A stretch of 64,000 nucleotides of DNA from Phoronis australis (GCA_002633005.1 NMRA01000078.1:880233-944232); one strand, 5' to 3'. Counted from the stretch's first letter, positions 25,022 through 38,201 are shown. Notes: generated by a model not told the origin, from the letters alone. Made by a program: numbers and translations.

Positions 25022-28000
25022 ATGATAGGAAATTCCGTAGGCCTATTTTTCAATCTTTCAAAGTATGGGAAGTTTTTCGACAGCATCAGACATTTCAGTG
25101 TTGTGGGAAAAGTGTGCTGTAATGGGGTAAGTTTTGTTACTCCACTGTGTCGCCTGCGAAGACGTATTCGCAGGGTGGTAACGGCGGCGGGTTTCGGTCC
25201 CCGAGTTTTAGTCTCCTGTCCGCGGCTGATTCAGTTGCGTGGTTTTGCTTTTCCGAAAAGCACACAATACTTCGCGAGATATCGCATTACTATGGAAGCA
25301 AATGCTCACGCATACTTTTCTTGCGAGTGTTTTGGATCTACGAAACTTAACCTTCGACGCACCGACAAGGCCATAAATAACTTAATAAGTAGCATGCCAG
25401 GATGGGCAAAGCAAAATAGGGCTACTGGCGATTGCATCAGACACAGGGAAACAATTTCAAATGATAGATTTTGACTTGCCATTTACTTAATTTTTAAATT
25501 TTTGAAATCCATTGATTGGTTTTGGAGTCATTTCAAAATTTGGACCTCAATGGCACTATAGGCAAACAGCACTCGAAAGTGTGTAAGGCAATGACAATCA
25601 TTGCTTAAAAACCGGTGCTGTTTCTTTTGAAACAAGATGACCTACTGGACAACATAACAAATTTGGGGCTTGCCTATTCAAAACACAAAGGGGTAACCAA
25701 ATAATCATCTTCTCACTCAGGCAGGACCATAAACATTCTAATTGACACCAGCCACATGGGACATATGCGCGCACCCAGCCTAGAAGCTGGGGGCTTGAAT
25801 TTTTTGGTGTGGGGACCTTGAGTGAAAGAAATCAAGGACTAAAACAAAAAAAATCGGGGTCACTAGGTTCAAGCCCATGAATTGTGCATCCGCACCGACT
25901 TCCCGTGGGGTTTCGGCTGAGTTTGTGGACTTTTGTCTCGTTTAAGTACTCGGACTTTTTGTTTCACTGAAGCGGACAGTGCCCAATTCGCTCCTGGGTG
26001 CGCCCATGCTATAAGAACAGGGTTCTCAGAACTATTTCCACTGACCTCTGGCATGTCAATTTCAAAAGGCCAATTGTGTGTAAATCGCACCCAACTAGTT
26101 GCCTCCATGATTGTTAGAGAATAACGCAAGTTGCAAAAGTCAATATAACAACTTTTCAAGTTAACTGGTCACAAAATACCTTTTGCACCCTGGCTAAATC
26201 AAAATTAGAAGCACATTTTGAAGTCTGACTGAATAATCGTCTGTGAAAATGTCAGAACATATTGCTAATGCTTAGAAAAAAGCCATATAAGTTTTGATAT
26301 TCTTTAAAAAAGAAATTGCATGGAAATTAATTTTGAGATCAAATTATTACAAATAGGCGAAAACACCAAACCTACCACGTTTCAAAGAAGTGAATGCTCA
26401 TAATTGTGCTTGAATTGTTCTTTTTTCCTATGTAATCATAAATTATACACCATTTCTACAAAAATGAACATTATCCTTTTTAATCATATGAAATTATACG
26501 GAATCCTAAAATTTAAAGATACTATGTCTCATAATTGTGAATATGCAAATGAAGTACTAGTTTAAAACCAACGCCGGGTCTACCTGTGTGCCGAAAACCA
26601 TCCGAGAACCAGTTACCGTTACAATCTCACAATGGTCTCGTTTTGCAAGACCATTTTTATGTAAATACGCGTGGTAATATGTCATCATTATCCTAATAAA
26701 ACAAGGCTCAGTTTTATCGTTTGTTCATTTCACTGTCGTATAACAATTGCGTACTATTCAGAATTACATGGGTTTTCTATAATCACACTTGTTTTCAAGT
26801 CTATCACTTTTGGTATACTCTGAAAGCTGCATTTCATGTACAAATTGTTTCAATCTTTTCCTGATTATACTTGTATACACAGTTCTCCAGTAAGCCACAA
26901 GGGTGCGCTTGCATGCGCGCACCCATGCAGCCTTTAATATTATTTCTGACAATGTGGACCTTTTGCTGACAAAAAACGCGGCAGGACTATAAAAAAACGG
27001 GGTACCACCTTCAGAACTGTGAACTGCGCCTTTTTGATGAACTTTGTCTCGTTTTCTGGGACTTTCTGTTTTTCTGTGGCGGACCTTTTTGCCCACTTCG
27101 CCAAAAGGGGGGACGAGCCCCCCCTGGGTGCGCGCATGGATTGCTACAAATTTGAATATACACGGTTTTAATGAGACATAGTACTATCTTTAATGTAATT
27201 CTAAAATTTTTTGTAATTTCAAATATTGATTTTATATTGTACAAAGAACACCATGATGGAAGGAGTGAAAAAAGTGTTAAGTGCTCTCATTTTTTAAAGT
27301 TCAAAAAATATTCATTAACCCCCCATTTGTAATGTATATCAACTGAAAGAAGAAAGTTGCTGTCATATTTTTCATTTTCTGACATTTAGTAAGCTAACTG
27401 GCTCAGGTGTCTAACTGCATCAGTTTTTTCAACTAAAGAACTGCTTCCACCTACACCCATTGTGCCTAAGTAGGTGCATTCAGGATGTGCCTCTACCAGG
27501 AAGGGTACACCCATAGAAGACGTAGGGGATGTGCCGCTAGATGGGTGACGTTTCCACAACTAGTTTCCTTACGAAAAGGTGCCTTTTCCTAAGATTGACT
27601 CACCTTGTAGTTCGCGGAACAAACCAAGACTTTTGGTATGCTCAGCAATTTTGACTGTCGCAAGTAGATAAACTGGTTACTCGTGATGGTCTGTCATTAC
27701 GAAGTTGCATTCTGCTGTCATGGCAGCTTGAAATGAGTGAATCTAATAATTCACTGCATGGTTATGGAGTTACAGATGAACGATCAGTCATGGTGCGGAA
27801 TATGATACAATTAGCTTTGGTATATGTGCAGTAAGTCAGAGAGTGACTGCTTTTGCTGTTGTAGAATGTCTACCTTATGGGGCCACCTGGTGCAGGGAAG
27901 ACCACAGTGGGCCAATTACTGTCCAGGAAGATGGACATGCCAGTTTTGGACATTGACAATGACCACCTTGAGCCTTACTGGGGAATGACAGTTGCTGAGA

Positions 28001-31000
28001 AGGTGAGGTCAGTGTTAGCACTCATATTAGCTTGGTGGTCAGTGGCACGTGATGTATATACAACTGTGAAATCATTGGTCCAGTTTCTTGCTGTTGTTTC
28101 TGGTGAGGGGGATGTGGGAGTGCGGGATGGGGAGGGGACGAGGGCAGGGGAAGGTAGGGAGAGGGGCAACTGAGGTTGATGCAGAGTTTGTAGGTTTAAC
28201 AGTTATGATCTTTACTACAAGAGGTTTTCTGTGTTGTTTGGCCTAGCTGCATGTTCTCAATGTTGTTTGGCCTAGCTGCATGTTCTCAATGTTGTCACTT
28301 AAAATGAAATGAAAAATGGCTTAGGGATATTACTAAGGGGTATTTACAATGACTATGTAATTCTGTAAAATAAAATAATGCTCCCTAATCCTCGCCAATC
28401 CTTGGGAGTTTGGGCAATTATAAAGTATTTCTTCACATCCGCCCATTTCTATTGACCACTCCTTACAAGTTTCATGATATGATATTCTTTATTTAAACAT
28501 CATAGTTTCAGAAAATTTGACTCCACAGAGCTTGAGCTCATGGACTGCATATTTGTGTATATTGATAGTGACATACAACCCTAGTCACCTTTCTGGATCT
28601 TGCAAAAGCTTTTGATACAATAGACCACAAATACCTTTGCATCAGATGAATCAATGCGGTATTAGTCAGGGCTTAGAATGACCAATGACAAAAAACGCGG
28701 AAACTTTTACGGCCCAAAACATGCGCACTACCCAGCCTTGAAATAGTCGATGTGAACCTTTCGCCGACAAATTCGGGAGGACTATAAAAAAAAGAAAAAA
28801 AAATCGTTACCACCATCATTGGCATGCGTCTGCGTCTTTTTAGCTCGCCCGTCCACTCCCAACCCACACATTTTGGCTGCAGAGCCGTAGTATTTGTCAC
28901 CGTGGTTTACAATCACATGAGACGCCATTGAAAATCCCACCACGCTATCCCAGATGCCCCGGCAATGTTGACAATTTACGTTCCTCTGAAACATAAAGAG
29001 CGACTTCCGCTTTTCGAGGTGAACGTCGTCGGCAACGTCGCGGTAAGAAAGGAATTTGCCGCGGAAATTTTATATCAAATCCGATTTTTTTTACACGGAA
29101 ATATAAAAAAATGCACGGACAGAACATTTGAAAAAAGTGGAAATGCGCGTTTCCGCGGAAAATTCCAAGCCTTGATTAGTGGAACTAAACATGGATTTTT
29201 TAATAGTTGCCTCTCAATCCATACACAGTGTGTTTCTGTGAAGGACACTACTTGTACTAGTTTGTCTCTCTTTCTCGCTCGTCCCCCTTTCTGTGTCTCT
29301 CTGAAAGTAGAAAGACTGTGGAATTTAACCAAATTTGTTTTGTGAGACCATGTCCTTAAGTTAATTTTACAAAACAGTACAATCGTAGCAAAACAAAGTA
29401 TTGATAACATATGACCGTTCAATAATCATTTTGTTTTATGCCTAACTTTTCATTTTTTGTCTTAAAACATATTTGTCCTATTCCTTTTGATAGCCCCTCA
29501 TGCATAAGTACATGGATCAATTTCTGTTTCTGTTTCCGTGGTGACGTCAGAAGGTAGGCACTGGGATAGTCTCTGGCCCTCCTCCTTCAAGTATCGCAAG
29601 CAATGTAAATTTGGAGATGCAACCAAGTTCGTGTTGGTTACACCGGATCTTTTCTCCTGATACGAGTTTTTGCTGAATCTCCGTATTGCAGTCCTCGCTC
29701 TATGAGGCGCTTTGTTGCCCATCTCTCCTGCTGTTGTACAATCTCGGCATCTGTAAGCGATTCACGCACTCTGGAGATTACATCTGCTGGTGTGAGGAGC
29801 GGGTTGGCAATCGGTTCTGCGATGCCTGCACGCTCATTCGCCTTGACCTTGAATGAGATGCCACAGTGTCCTGGTATATGAACACTGGTGAAGAGACCAT
29901 TAATAGAGCTGAACAAAGGGATCCAGGAATCTTTCACATGACCATGGATCAACTTAAAAAACAGCGATTTAGAGAACATTGTATAAAACACAAATATCTA
30001 AAAGTTTCGTATAAATTTGATGACTCTTTTCTGAAGTAAGCAAAATTTGGACATTTTCCTTGGTCGTACGTAAACTAAGCAATTTTAAATTACATTCTTT
30101 TCAGCTTGAAGAAGTTGGTCCTGACAGCTTTGTTCAAGTAGAGGGCAATGCTTTGCTTGATTTTCATGCCTCCAATTCCATTGTCTCCCTGTCTGGATCC
30201 AACCCCATGCATACAGCGTCCATGGATCACATTCGCCGCCGCGGAACTGTTGTATTCATGGACGTGAATAGCTCGGACATCCTCAGCAGACTAGAGCGCA
30301 TGAAAGTGAACAGAATTGTGGGACAAACAACTGGTATGAATATGGCGGACATCTTGAATTACCGACGGCAATTTTATCTCAGCAGTTACGACCTGAGAGT
30401 GGTGTGTGAGAAAGATGAAAGTGCGGAGAGTATTGCGCAAAAGGTTTATAACGAGCTTCAGAGGACTGAAAGCCCACCTGAGTACACATCAACAAGGGGA
30501 CAGAGATTGGATGGGGGCACATTCTGCGATGTAACCCTGCAGGGGCTGGCTGATGATGGAGGACTGTTCTTACCCTGTGTTGACCCTCCCGTGTTCTCTC
30601 CAGGCCAGTGGCAGGCGATGGCCTCCTACACTTACACTGAGAGAGCTATAGCTATTCTTGAGAAATGGATACACCATACAGAGATCTCTCCACACAAACT
30701 AAGACAATTTGTGGAGTCAGCCTATTCTACTTTCGACCATACTCTAACCTGTCCTGTGGTTCACTTACTTGGTAACGTTTACCTGTCCGAGCTCTTCCAT
30801 GGACCAAGTGCGTCCTTCAAGGACATGGCTCTGCAGATGACGCCTCACTTCTTTCACTATGCCATCACTACTCAGGATCCAGATTACAGGTTTGGTGAAA
30901 GTGAATATTCTAAGAAAATTTTTGTCGTACTGTTGAGGACTGCTATGTCGAGTGGCAGTGCACTTTTCTCAATAGAGTCGTTGCAAGATGCGAGTCTTTA

Positions 31001-34000
31001 TGTGCTTGGTATTCACCTCTTTGGCCGCCTTGCTCAAGGTTATCTTTGTAGTCTTTTTGAAGAAAAAAGTTGTTTTTTAATAAATGAGAAAAATATACTT
31101 TCTATTATGCTCTGAATAATATAAAGAGCCAAAACAAAGAAAAAACAATTAAAATGCACTAATTGTCTGTACGTACTTAATCAGTTGTATGCTGTGGTCA
31201 GGCCTATTTTCAACAGCATCTCAGTATTTGTGTTAGCAACAAAATTTCAAAGTACTAATTTGCTTTGCACTATGGGACGATGGTTTGAAAAAAAAAGTGC
31301 CTCAATTTTGTTTTAACAAATTCATTCAACAATCTGATCTCGTTTTTGTGTTCCAAGAATGTAACGGAATGTTCTTAGGAATTTATTTTTAAGTAAATGA
31401 TTTCAAAATCAGTGTTATTGTAGCCAGACTGTTCTCGTATTTTGGTTCCAGATATTTGGTAATTGTGGCGACATCTGGTGACACAGGTGGTGCAGTTCTT
31501 GATGGGTTTTCAAAACACGCTGAAAATGTCGCTGTCGTTGTTCTCTACCCCGAACATGGCATCAGCTCCATACAGAAAGCTCAAATGACGTCTGCTGAAG
31601 GTAGAAATGTTATGGTGGTTGGTGTTAATGGCGATTTTGACTTTTGTCAAAGTACCATTAAGGACCTATTTACTGACGGACACTTTGGCAAGAAACTGAG
31701 AGAGGAACATGGAATCAAATTAAGGTTTATAGTTTTTGCTTTAGAAAATGTAAATTTTATAAATCTGTACTTAGAGTGGCAATATACACGCGTTCCGTCA
31801 AAGAAACAAAAATTTTCAGTGTTAAACCGCCTACTTATTTAAGTGTGGTTGCGCTCTGCAAATGTCTGGTCTCAACTGCGAACTGCCAATTCTTTCAAAG
31901 CCTCGAAGTAATACCTAATTAAGTACAATTTGATGCCAATTTCACAACCCTAAGTTTTCTTAATCAAAAGTGGGTCCCTTTAAATTTCAGGCATGACTGT
32001 TTTTCTAATTTGGCAGAACTGTGGTCATTAACCGATCACGAAACAATTTAAGTTGGTCAAATGTGAGGGTATTTTTATATTCCAGAAAGGAAGTTCCATA
32101 TTATGGAAGGTTCAAATGGACCTTCCACCCAGGTTTCTACAGGTGCACAGGTGCTGAGGCCCCTATTTTGTTACAAATAACAAAAATACCAGTTGTTTCG
32201 ACAACTGCTCAGCACGAACCATGATCATGATGAAAGTGGAGAAAAACTTGGCCATGTTTTGTTTTTGTTGACAAAAATTCCATTAAAGTATTTTTTCTGC
32301 CATATCATGTGCTAAATAAGGGAATTTATTTACTATACATGAATAATGATTTTGAGCTTTAGGCATGCATATAATTCAGGTGCACACCTAAGACTGTTCA
32401 GGCTATTATGCACGACCAGTTCACAGGGTACCGAAGACAGGCCTAGCCGTTTACCTGCACACCTAGAATGTTACCTCTGGAGCAGGTGACCTCATAATCT
32501 TGCTTGTATGCACACCTGTATTTGCATAAATGGGAATATAATTCACATGCAACTGATGACTGTTTTGTACCTTTGATGCACCCACATTTTGAGAACCAGT
32601 TTGATGTCCGTTATTCAGTGGAGAAAACTGGTTCTCAAAATGCGAGCACGTTATATCCGACTATTATCCCTTTGTGTGGTCATTACCTTCACCTGGCTTT
32701 GTTCACCTTCAGCGCTGCTAACTCCATCAACTGGGCGAGACTGTTACCCCAGGTTGTGTATCATGCATCCTCTTACCTGGAGCTAGTCAAGTCTGGCATT
32801 GTTGCCATGGGAGACCAGGTAGACTTGTGCATACCTACTGGCAACTTTGGCAACATTCTTGGTGCCTATTATGCAAAGGTATGTATGACTCATTAATTTG
32901 ATTTATGGAAACACTGGTTTTGTATTACCTTTACTTATACTCCTGAAATAAATGTAATATTATGTAATGTTGTGTAATGATATGTAATTTTATGTAATAT
33001 TATCTAAGGATATGTTTTTATTTATTCTTATGAAATAGCGAAACTTGTCATGAACACTGAATTTCAAAGCATTTAGACCACGTACAATTCTCCCAGTGGC
33101 AGATCTAGGATACCATAAGGTGGGCCAAACATGTTGCCTCGGGAAATTGAGCAAAGCACAATTGTATGTGCACAGGCGGCTCGAAAGTTTCGGGGGCAAG
33201 GGATGTGTATCTTCTGTTCAGGAAATCTATCGGTGGAGACTAAAAATCTGCCTATGATGAGATGGATCTTAAATTGTTCCTTAGACAACTCGTAGGTGAT
33301 TTCATTGCTTCTAAAGAACTGACAGTTATTTCATGAGACTTAGCTCTACAAGTTGGCTTGTCACAGTGGGTCATTTCATGAGCCAATCTAGTTTCTTAAG
33401 CCCGATAGCCACTTCTCATCTTAGTTGGGCTCAAGTTGAGATCAGTTTCAAAGCAGCAAATCTTTTAAATCAAAACTTCTTTCTGTATAGCTTAAATTCT
33501 CCTACCTTCCAATCAGTAGTTTTTGCAGGGCAGCATGAAGCTAATTAACCCCTGACTAAGCAAATTGCGATTGACCTCATTGGATATAGTAGCCAATTGT
33601 ATAGTAGCATTTTGCAATTTCTACATATAGAATTGCTACTTTGCTAGGCAGAGAATTAATTTAAAAGTTACAACCTCCAACCTGCGTTTTTGTGTACTTG
33701 TTAATTTTTTCAGTGTATGGGTATCCCTGTTGGTCGTCTCATATGTGCATCAAACGTTAACAACGTCCTGACAGAGTTCATTCAGACAGGTGTCTACCGC
33801 ATCGACCATCGGCACCTGATGCAGACCATGTCTCCTGCAATAGACATACTGAAGTCTTCCAACCTGGAGAGATACTTGTACCACAAGTGTGGTCGCGACC
33901 CCACATATGTGACCTCACTCTACAACAATATGAATGAGACGGGCCGCTTTGATGTTGGCAATGAGGTAAGTACATAATGATCGTGTAGATTTTTTAACAC

Positions 34001-37000
34001 CACTGAATACCCTTGGCCGTATTCTTCAAACTTTGGCAGTTTATGTCCAGAGGGCACTCAAATGTATTTTGCGATGAGATTGCTTGTAGCTCCCATTCAG
34101 AGAATGGGTTTGAAAAGGGGACTCGTTTGTAGGGATCTTCCATGAATGAAAATATTACTCTTGTGTAGGATGTAGTCTAGAAACACCAGTCTTGTGAAGG
34201 TATTATTGGAGCCCCAGCTGAATATATAAACTGATGTACTGTGTGCCTGAAATAGTATAAGAACAGATGGCATGTTGTCAAAAATTAGTACATCTTTTGA
34301 AATCAGTTTTAAAAGCATGAATGAAAACCCTTCTCTGTATTTGGATCAAGGAACCTAAGATCTAGCGTGACCCTTTGTTGGAAATCAATACTGCCTTTTG
34401 CTGGGAATTAAATTGGAAAAAATACCCTTTGGATGGGAATTTTGTAGGAAAAGAACCCTTTCATGAAGAAACTTGCAGTAAAAATAGTTACACCTCTCCG
34501 AGCAGCATGTCCAGTATACCACTTCTACGCTTTGTGTTTGTTTGGATCAAAGTCAGAAATTTTTGTTGGTTTATTCGTTGCTGTTTTGAAGACTAAATTT
34601 TAGCTTAATTAAACTAACTGGGTTCTAAAACGGAGTTTTCAGTTTTAAAACATCACATTTTAGCATTACAGCTGAACACTCAGATGGCAATAGTGTAGTA
34701 TAATGTAAACAGAAATGTGCCTGTTCAAGTGTGATTATCCTATTTGTCCAGATTAACGCCAAAGCTTATGAAAATCTCAAAAATCATGGGTTAAGGTATT
34801 AAGCTGTGTTTGGATGATTGGGTTTCTTTTTCTTGAACTGCCAGTTTAGGCTTAGTAACCTAGAAGTTGCATTTATCTCCATGATAGCAAGTAGCAGCAT
34901 ATATTGAAGAAAACAACTACGGTTTTAAGACTTGACATGTTTCGGTGTCATTTATTCAACATCATCCTCAGAAGTGATAATACAGTGGCCACCTAGCTAG
35001 GCCCAGCAACAAGTTGCATTTATATAATTAAATAAAAAATCTGACTGAATGCAGACAATGTGCTTTTTGTGAGTAAAAACAAATGAGTTGTGTGCATCTT
35101 GAGAGCTGCAGTGAGCTTTCATGATGAGAATATACTGCTTTAAGGGATCAAAATCCTTGACGTTATGAAATTAAGTTAGGGTAAATAACTGAGCACTGAC
35201 ATTTTAAAGGGATTTTGATTTTTGTTTGAATATTGAGGAGTGGATATTTAGTTGAAGATGAAGGTTAACTAGGACAAAGTTAACAAAGCTGTGCAAATAC
35301 TGAGAATGATTATTATGATCGTGTTTCAGTTGTTAAGCAGCATCCAAGAGGATATTGTTGCTGGTTGGTGTGATGAAGCGGTCGTCATGGAAACCATAAA
35401 GAGCACACTGGAAAGAACAGGTAAGATGTATATGGAGCAGGACCTCTTTTCCGTCTTCAGTGAGCTGTTTAAGAATTGGGTTACTGAGGGTTAATACAAA
35501 CACTACGGACTTTTTGTCATGAAGATGATTTTTACTTGAGAATAACATGCATTCACAACAATGGTTGGAAATATTAAGTTAAGATCCCTTTTGGAACCTC
35601 CATGTAGCAATTGTACAGCCATTCCGTCTTGTGCACCCTCATTTGTTGTAGAATAAAACAATAAAAACAATTCGTTAATGCCTGGTGGAATCTTGTAACA
35701 GGCCTGAATGCACCACAGGGAGATCAAGTCCGGGATCCCTGTTCCGACTTGGTTTGTGAACTTAAAATCTCAATAGCCTCCCGTACCGTACGTTTCCACT
35801 TATCTGGGTGTAGACTTAATATACTGAAATCCTCATCAGAGATTTGGTGATGCACATATCTAGCATGGTCTTGAATAACAGTAATGAGTTGGAAGGTTCT
35901 TCACTAATTAAGCATATGTGTTGTTCTTTTCAATTACTTAACAAATAAAGATTGAGCATTCAAAAATAGGAAACTGGCATTATTTGTGTGTGAAATAAGT
36001 AAAAAATTAACAGTGTGGTAAAATCTAACCAATTTCAGGCAAAAAACAATTGACAAATTTCATCGTTTTTCGTTTTTCAAAGGCTTGTTAAAGTAAATAC
36101 AGTGAATTTTTCAAAACATTGTCTGAGGTTAGCTATGAAGTAGAACTTCGAAATAAAAAAGCACTTGGTTGGGTTACTTATATTTTATGAAGAAAAAGGA
36201 TTTCACTAGTCCAAAGCTGAGGAAATTTTTTTGCTTTCTGTGATTGAAAATTGAACATTTCAAAAAAGTTAATCGGCTAGGCTTGCCAGTCCATCTCTGT
36301 TCTTTGCATCTATTTACTGAGTTTGACATCATTTCATAATAATAAATTATTATAAACAAATAATTTCTACAACTATAATTACAATTACTATTATTGTTAT
36401 CACTATTACTATTCTCATTGAATATTACTATTATTAGTATTACTGTTACTATTATTACCATTATTATTACTATAATACTAATGCTTTTCTTATCATTACT
36501 ATCATTACTATTATTGCTATTGGTTGAAGCGGTGTGGCCTAAGTGGGATAAATGTCCATTTCATTTACTCAAGGTCGCGGGTTCATGTGCCACTGGGGCA
36601 CACTGCTAGGCCTTTGAGCCAGCCAGGTCTCTAGTTCCTCACCTCGGTTTTATCGATGTATCCGATAAAAATGAAGAAATAAAGCATAAATATGGATTTG
36701 GGTGATCACTGCATTGGGCCCTCATGTGCATTGGGCCCTCATGTGCTATTGATATTGCTATTAATATTACTATTATTGCTTTTATTATTACTAGTACTAT
36801 TGATATTGCTATTAATATTACTATTGTTATTGCTTTTATTATTACTAGTACTATTGATGTTGCTATTAATATTACAATTGTTATTGCTTTTATTATTACT
36901 AGAACTATTGATGTTGCTATTAATATTACAATTGTTATTGCTTTTATTATTACTAGTACCATTGATGTTGCTATTAATATTACTATTGTTATTGCTTTTA

Positions 37001-37478
37001 TTATTACTAGTACTATCGATATTGCTATTATTATTACTATTATTCTTGCTATTGCTTTTATTATTAGTAACACTATTGATATTGCTATTACTATCGCTTT
37101 TCCTGTTGCTATTGTTATTCTTCTTATTATTTTTGTTATTATTATAACATTGCAGGTATGTTGCTTGATCCACACACTGCTGTGGCCAAATCTGTGGTCG
37201 ACCAACTGCATGACGGCAAGAGACCAGTCATAATCTCTTCCACGGCTCATTATGCCAAGTTTCCAGAGGAGGTGCTGACATCTATTGGACACAGTATAGA
37301 CAAGAGTAAAGACGGTTGTGCTGTCTTGTTAGAAACATTAGAAGCTATGGATTTACAACCACAAATGCACAGGGAAATGAGGAAATTGAAAACAAAGGAA
37401 CGCATACATCATGGTGTCTTGCCAGCAGATGTCTCTGCTATCAAGGAGTGCATAGAGATGTTCATGTTGAGGACATAG
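25022..37478 (+). CDS. THNSL1: Threonine synthase-like 1 (shikimate-kinase-like N-domain + PLP-dependent threonine-synthase fold), 710 aa. Exons 25022-25126, 27865-28002, 30105-30889, 31452-31724, 32713-32878, 33714-33965, 35330-35420, 37156-37478
   Basis: GT-AG introns, 2133 nt in frame. P-loop GPPGAGKT, LSGSNPMH, GLADDGGLF, ELFHGPSASFKD (PLP lysine), ATSGDTG, ANSINWARL, PTGNFGN, SPAIDILKSSNLER, LDPHTAVA, STAHYAKF. Exon 1 (presequence-like) is less certain than the rest. Confidence 0.93.
26912..27138. mobile_element. MITE with 14-bp TIR CATGCGCGCACCCA
   Basis: Perfect TIRs. Flanks GCTTG/GATTG suggest a 5-bp TSD (4/5). Related ends occur at about 25764, 26008 and 41922. Confidence 0.7.
28581..29245 (+). 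mobile_element. LINE (CR1/L2-like) reverse-transcriptase remnant interrupted by a MITE
   Basis: LVTFLDLAKAFDTIDH...CGIS | GTKHGFFNSCLS..TQCVSV joins up once 28667-29174 and one TSD copy are removed. Confidence 0.75.
28667..29174. mobile_element. 508-bp hAT-like MITE with a 6-bp TSD
   Basis: TIRs CAGGGCTTAGAAT / ATTCCAAGCCTTG. ATTAGT is duplicated at 28661-28666 and 29175-29180. Confidence 0.85.
29500..29991 (-). mobile_element. Probable RNase H-containing non-LTR retrotransposon remnant
   Basis: VHIPGHCGI...ANERAGIA resembles the RNase H C-terminal motif W(I/V)PGH.GI.GNE.AD.LA. Broken into two frames. Confidence 0.45.
34877..35010 (-). mobile_element. 134-bp hammerhead-bearing retroposon with a 13-bp TSD, in THNSL1 intron 6
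   Basis: AAGTTGCATTTAT is duplicated at 34864-34876 and 35011-35023. The body matches 57724-57858. Confidence 0.85.
34929..34976 (-). ncRNA. Minimal type I hammerhead ribozyme motif
   Basis: Minus strand reads ACTT-CTGAGGA-T-GATGTTGAATAAATGACACC-GAAA-CATG-TC-AAGT. The core is intact, with one mismatch in stem II. Confidence 0.75.
36362..36520. repeat. (ATT/ACT)n low-complexity tract
   Basis: Directly visible. Confidence 0.8.
36526..36746 (+). mobile_element. tRNA-derived SINE, 3' part lost or replaced by a minisatellite
   Basis: A-box-like GTGGCCTAAGTGG and B-box-like GGTTCATGTGCC. Colinear with the minus-strand SINE at 59131-59359. Confidence 0.65.
36748..37090. repeat. AT-rich minisatellite, about 54-bp unit x about 6
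   Basis: Unit TATTGAT(A/G)TTGCTATTAATATTAC(T/A)ATTGTTATTGCTTTTATTATTACTAGTAC. It explains the poly-I/L/N ORFs reported here. Confidence 0.92.
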
Positions 37479-37838
37479 CATTTTCAGTATGTTATCGGAA
37501 TGCAAACAGTTGGATTGCCTTGTAATGAAATGTAAGGTATAATCTCTTATTTGGATGTCAGAATTTCTCAGTGGCAGCAGCAAAATTCTGAAATTCTGAT
37601 CAATGCCTAACTCACTAATAGTTGGACCATTCGTAGCCCAGGCGTATATAGCTATCATGTTTATTAATAGCTGACTTTTGAAATAGTCGCACCATATTGA
37701 AACTCACTAACCCAACAGATGGCGATCAGGTCTTTGTTGGACAGGCGTTCAGTGCCACCTGCAGATCCCTTGTTACATGAGGATTGGCGGTTTCAACCTG
37801 CTGGACCAGGTATAAAAACATTTTAGCATGCTATTATA

Positions 37839-38022
37839 ATGCCGGCACATTTCCTCTGCTGTGCTGTGGGATGTACCAATGCCTTACAAAAAGGCAAACC
37901 TTTTGAACTTTCAGTAGATGAACAAGGACGTCATGTTCATATATTTTCCACTGCGAAGATATATCGGTGACAAAGCTAGTGGATGCCGCTGATAAAACGA
38001 GAGAATTTCGATTCCACCCAGT
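37839..38022 (+). pseudogene. Degenerate THAP-domain fragment, probably transposon-derived
   Basis: MPAHFLCCAVGCTN...HIFST..IYR*QS*WMPLIKRENF shows the THAP N-terminal CxxxxC, hF and W..xI.R pattern, with two stops. Confidence 0.55.
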
Positions 38023-38053
38023 GTTAAAAAGCTAAAATAAATTAGTGAGAGGG

Positions 38054-38201
38054 CAGGGGTGGATCCAAGATTTTGAGTTGGGGGGGGCATGGCAGAGTAT
38101 TAGCCAGGATTTTGCCCGTCAGACATTCGCACCCCCCATCTGACAAATGTAAACTGGGAGAATTTTAGAGGGGGCATGGCCCCCCTCTAAATCCGCCACT
38201 G
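38054..38201. mobile_element. 148-bp MITE (same family as 17293-17448) with a 5-bp TSD
   Basis: CAGGGGTGGAT...ATCCGCCACTG, with GAGGG at 38049-38053 and 38202-38206. Confidence 0.8.

Noticed and set aside
36748-37090. Regularly spaced repeats as a possible CRISPR array
   Set aside because: The units are contiguous with no unique spacers, there are no cas genes, and the context is a eukaryotic intron.
36639-37292. Long poly-I, poly-L and poly-N/S ORFs on both strands
   Set aside because: They are translations of the AT-rich minisatellite inside a THNSL1 intron.
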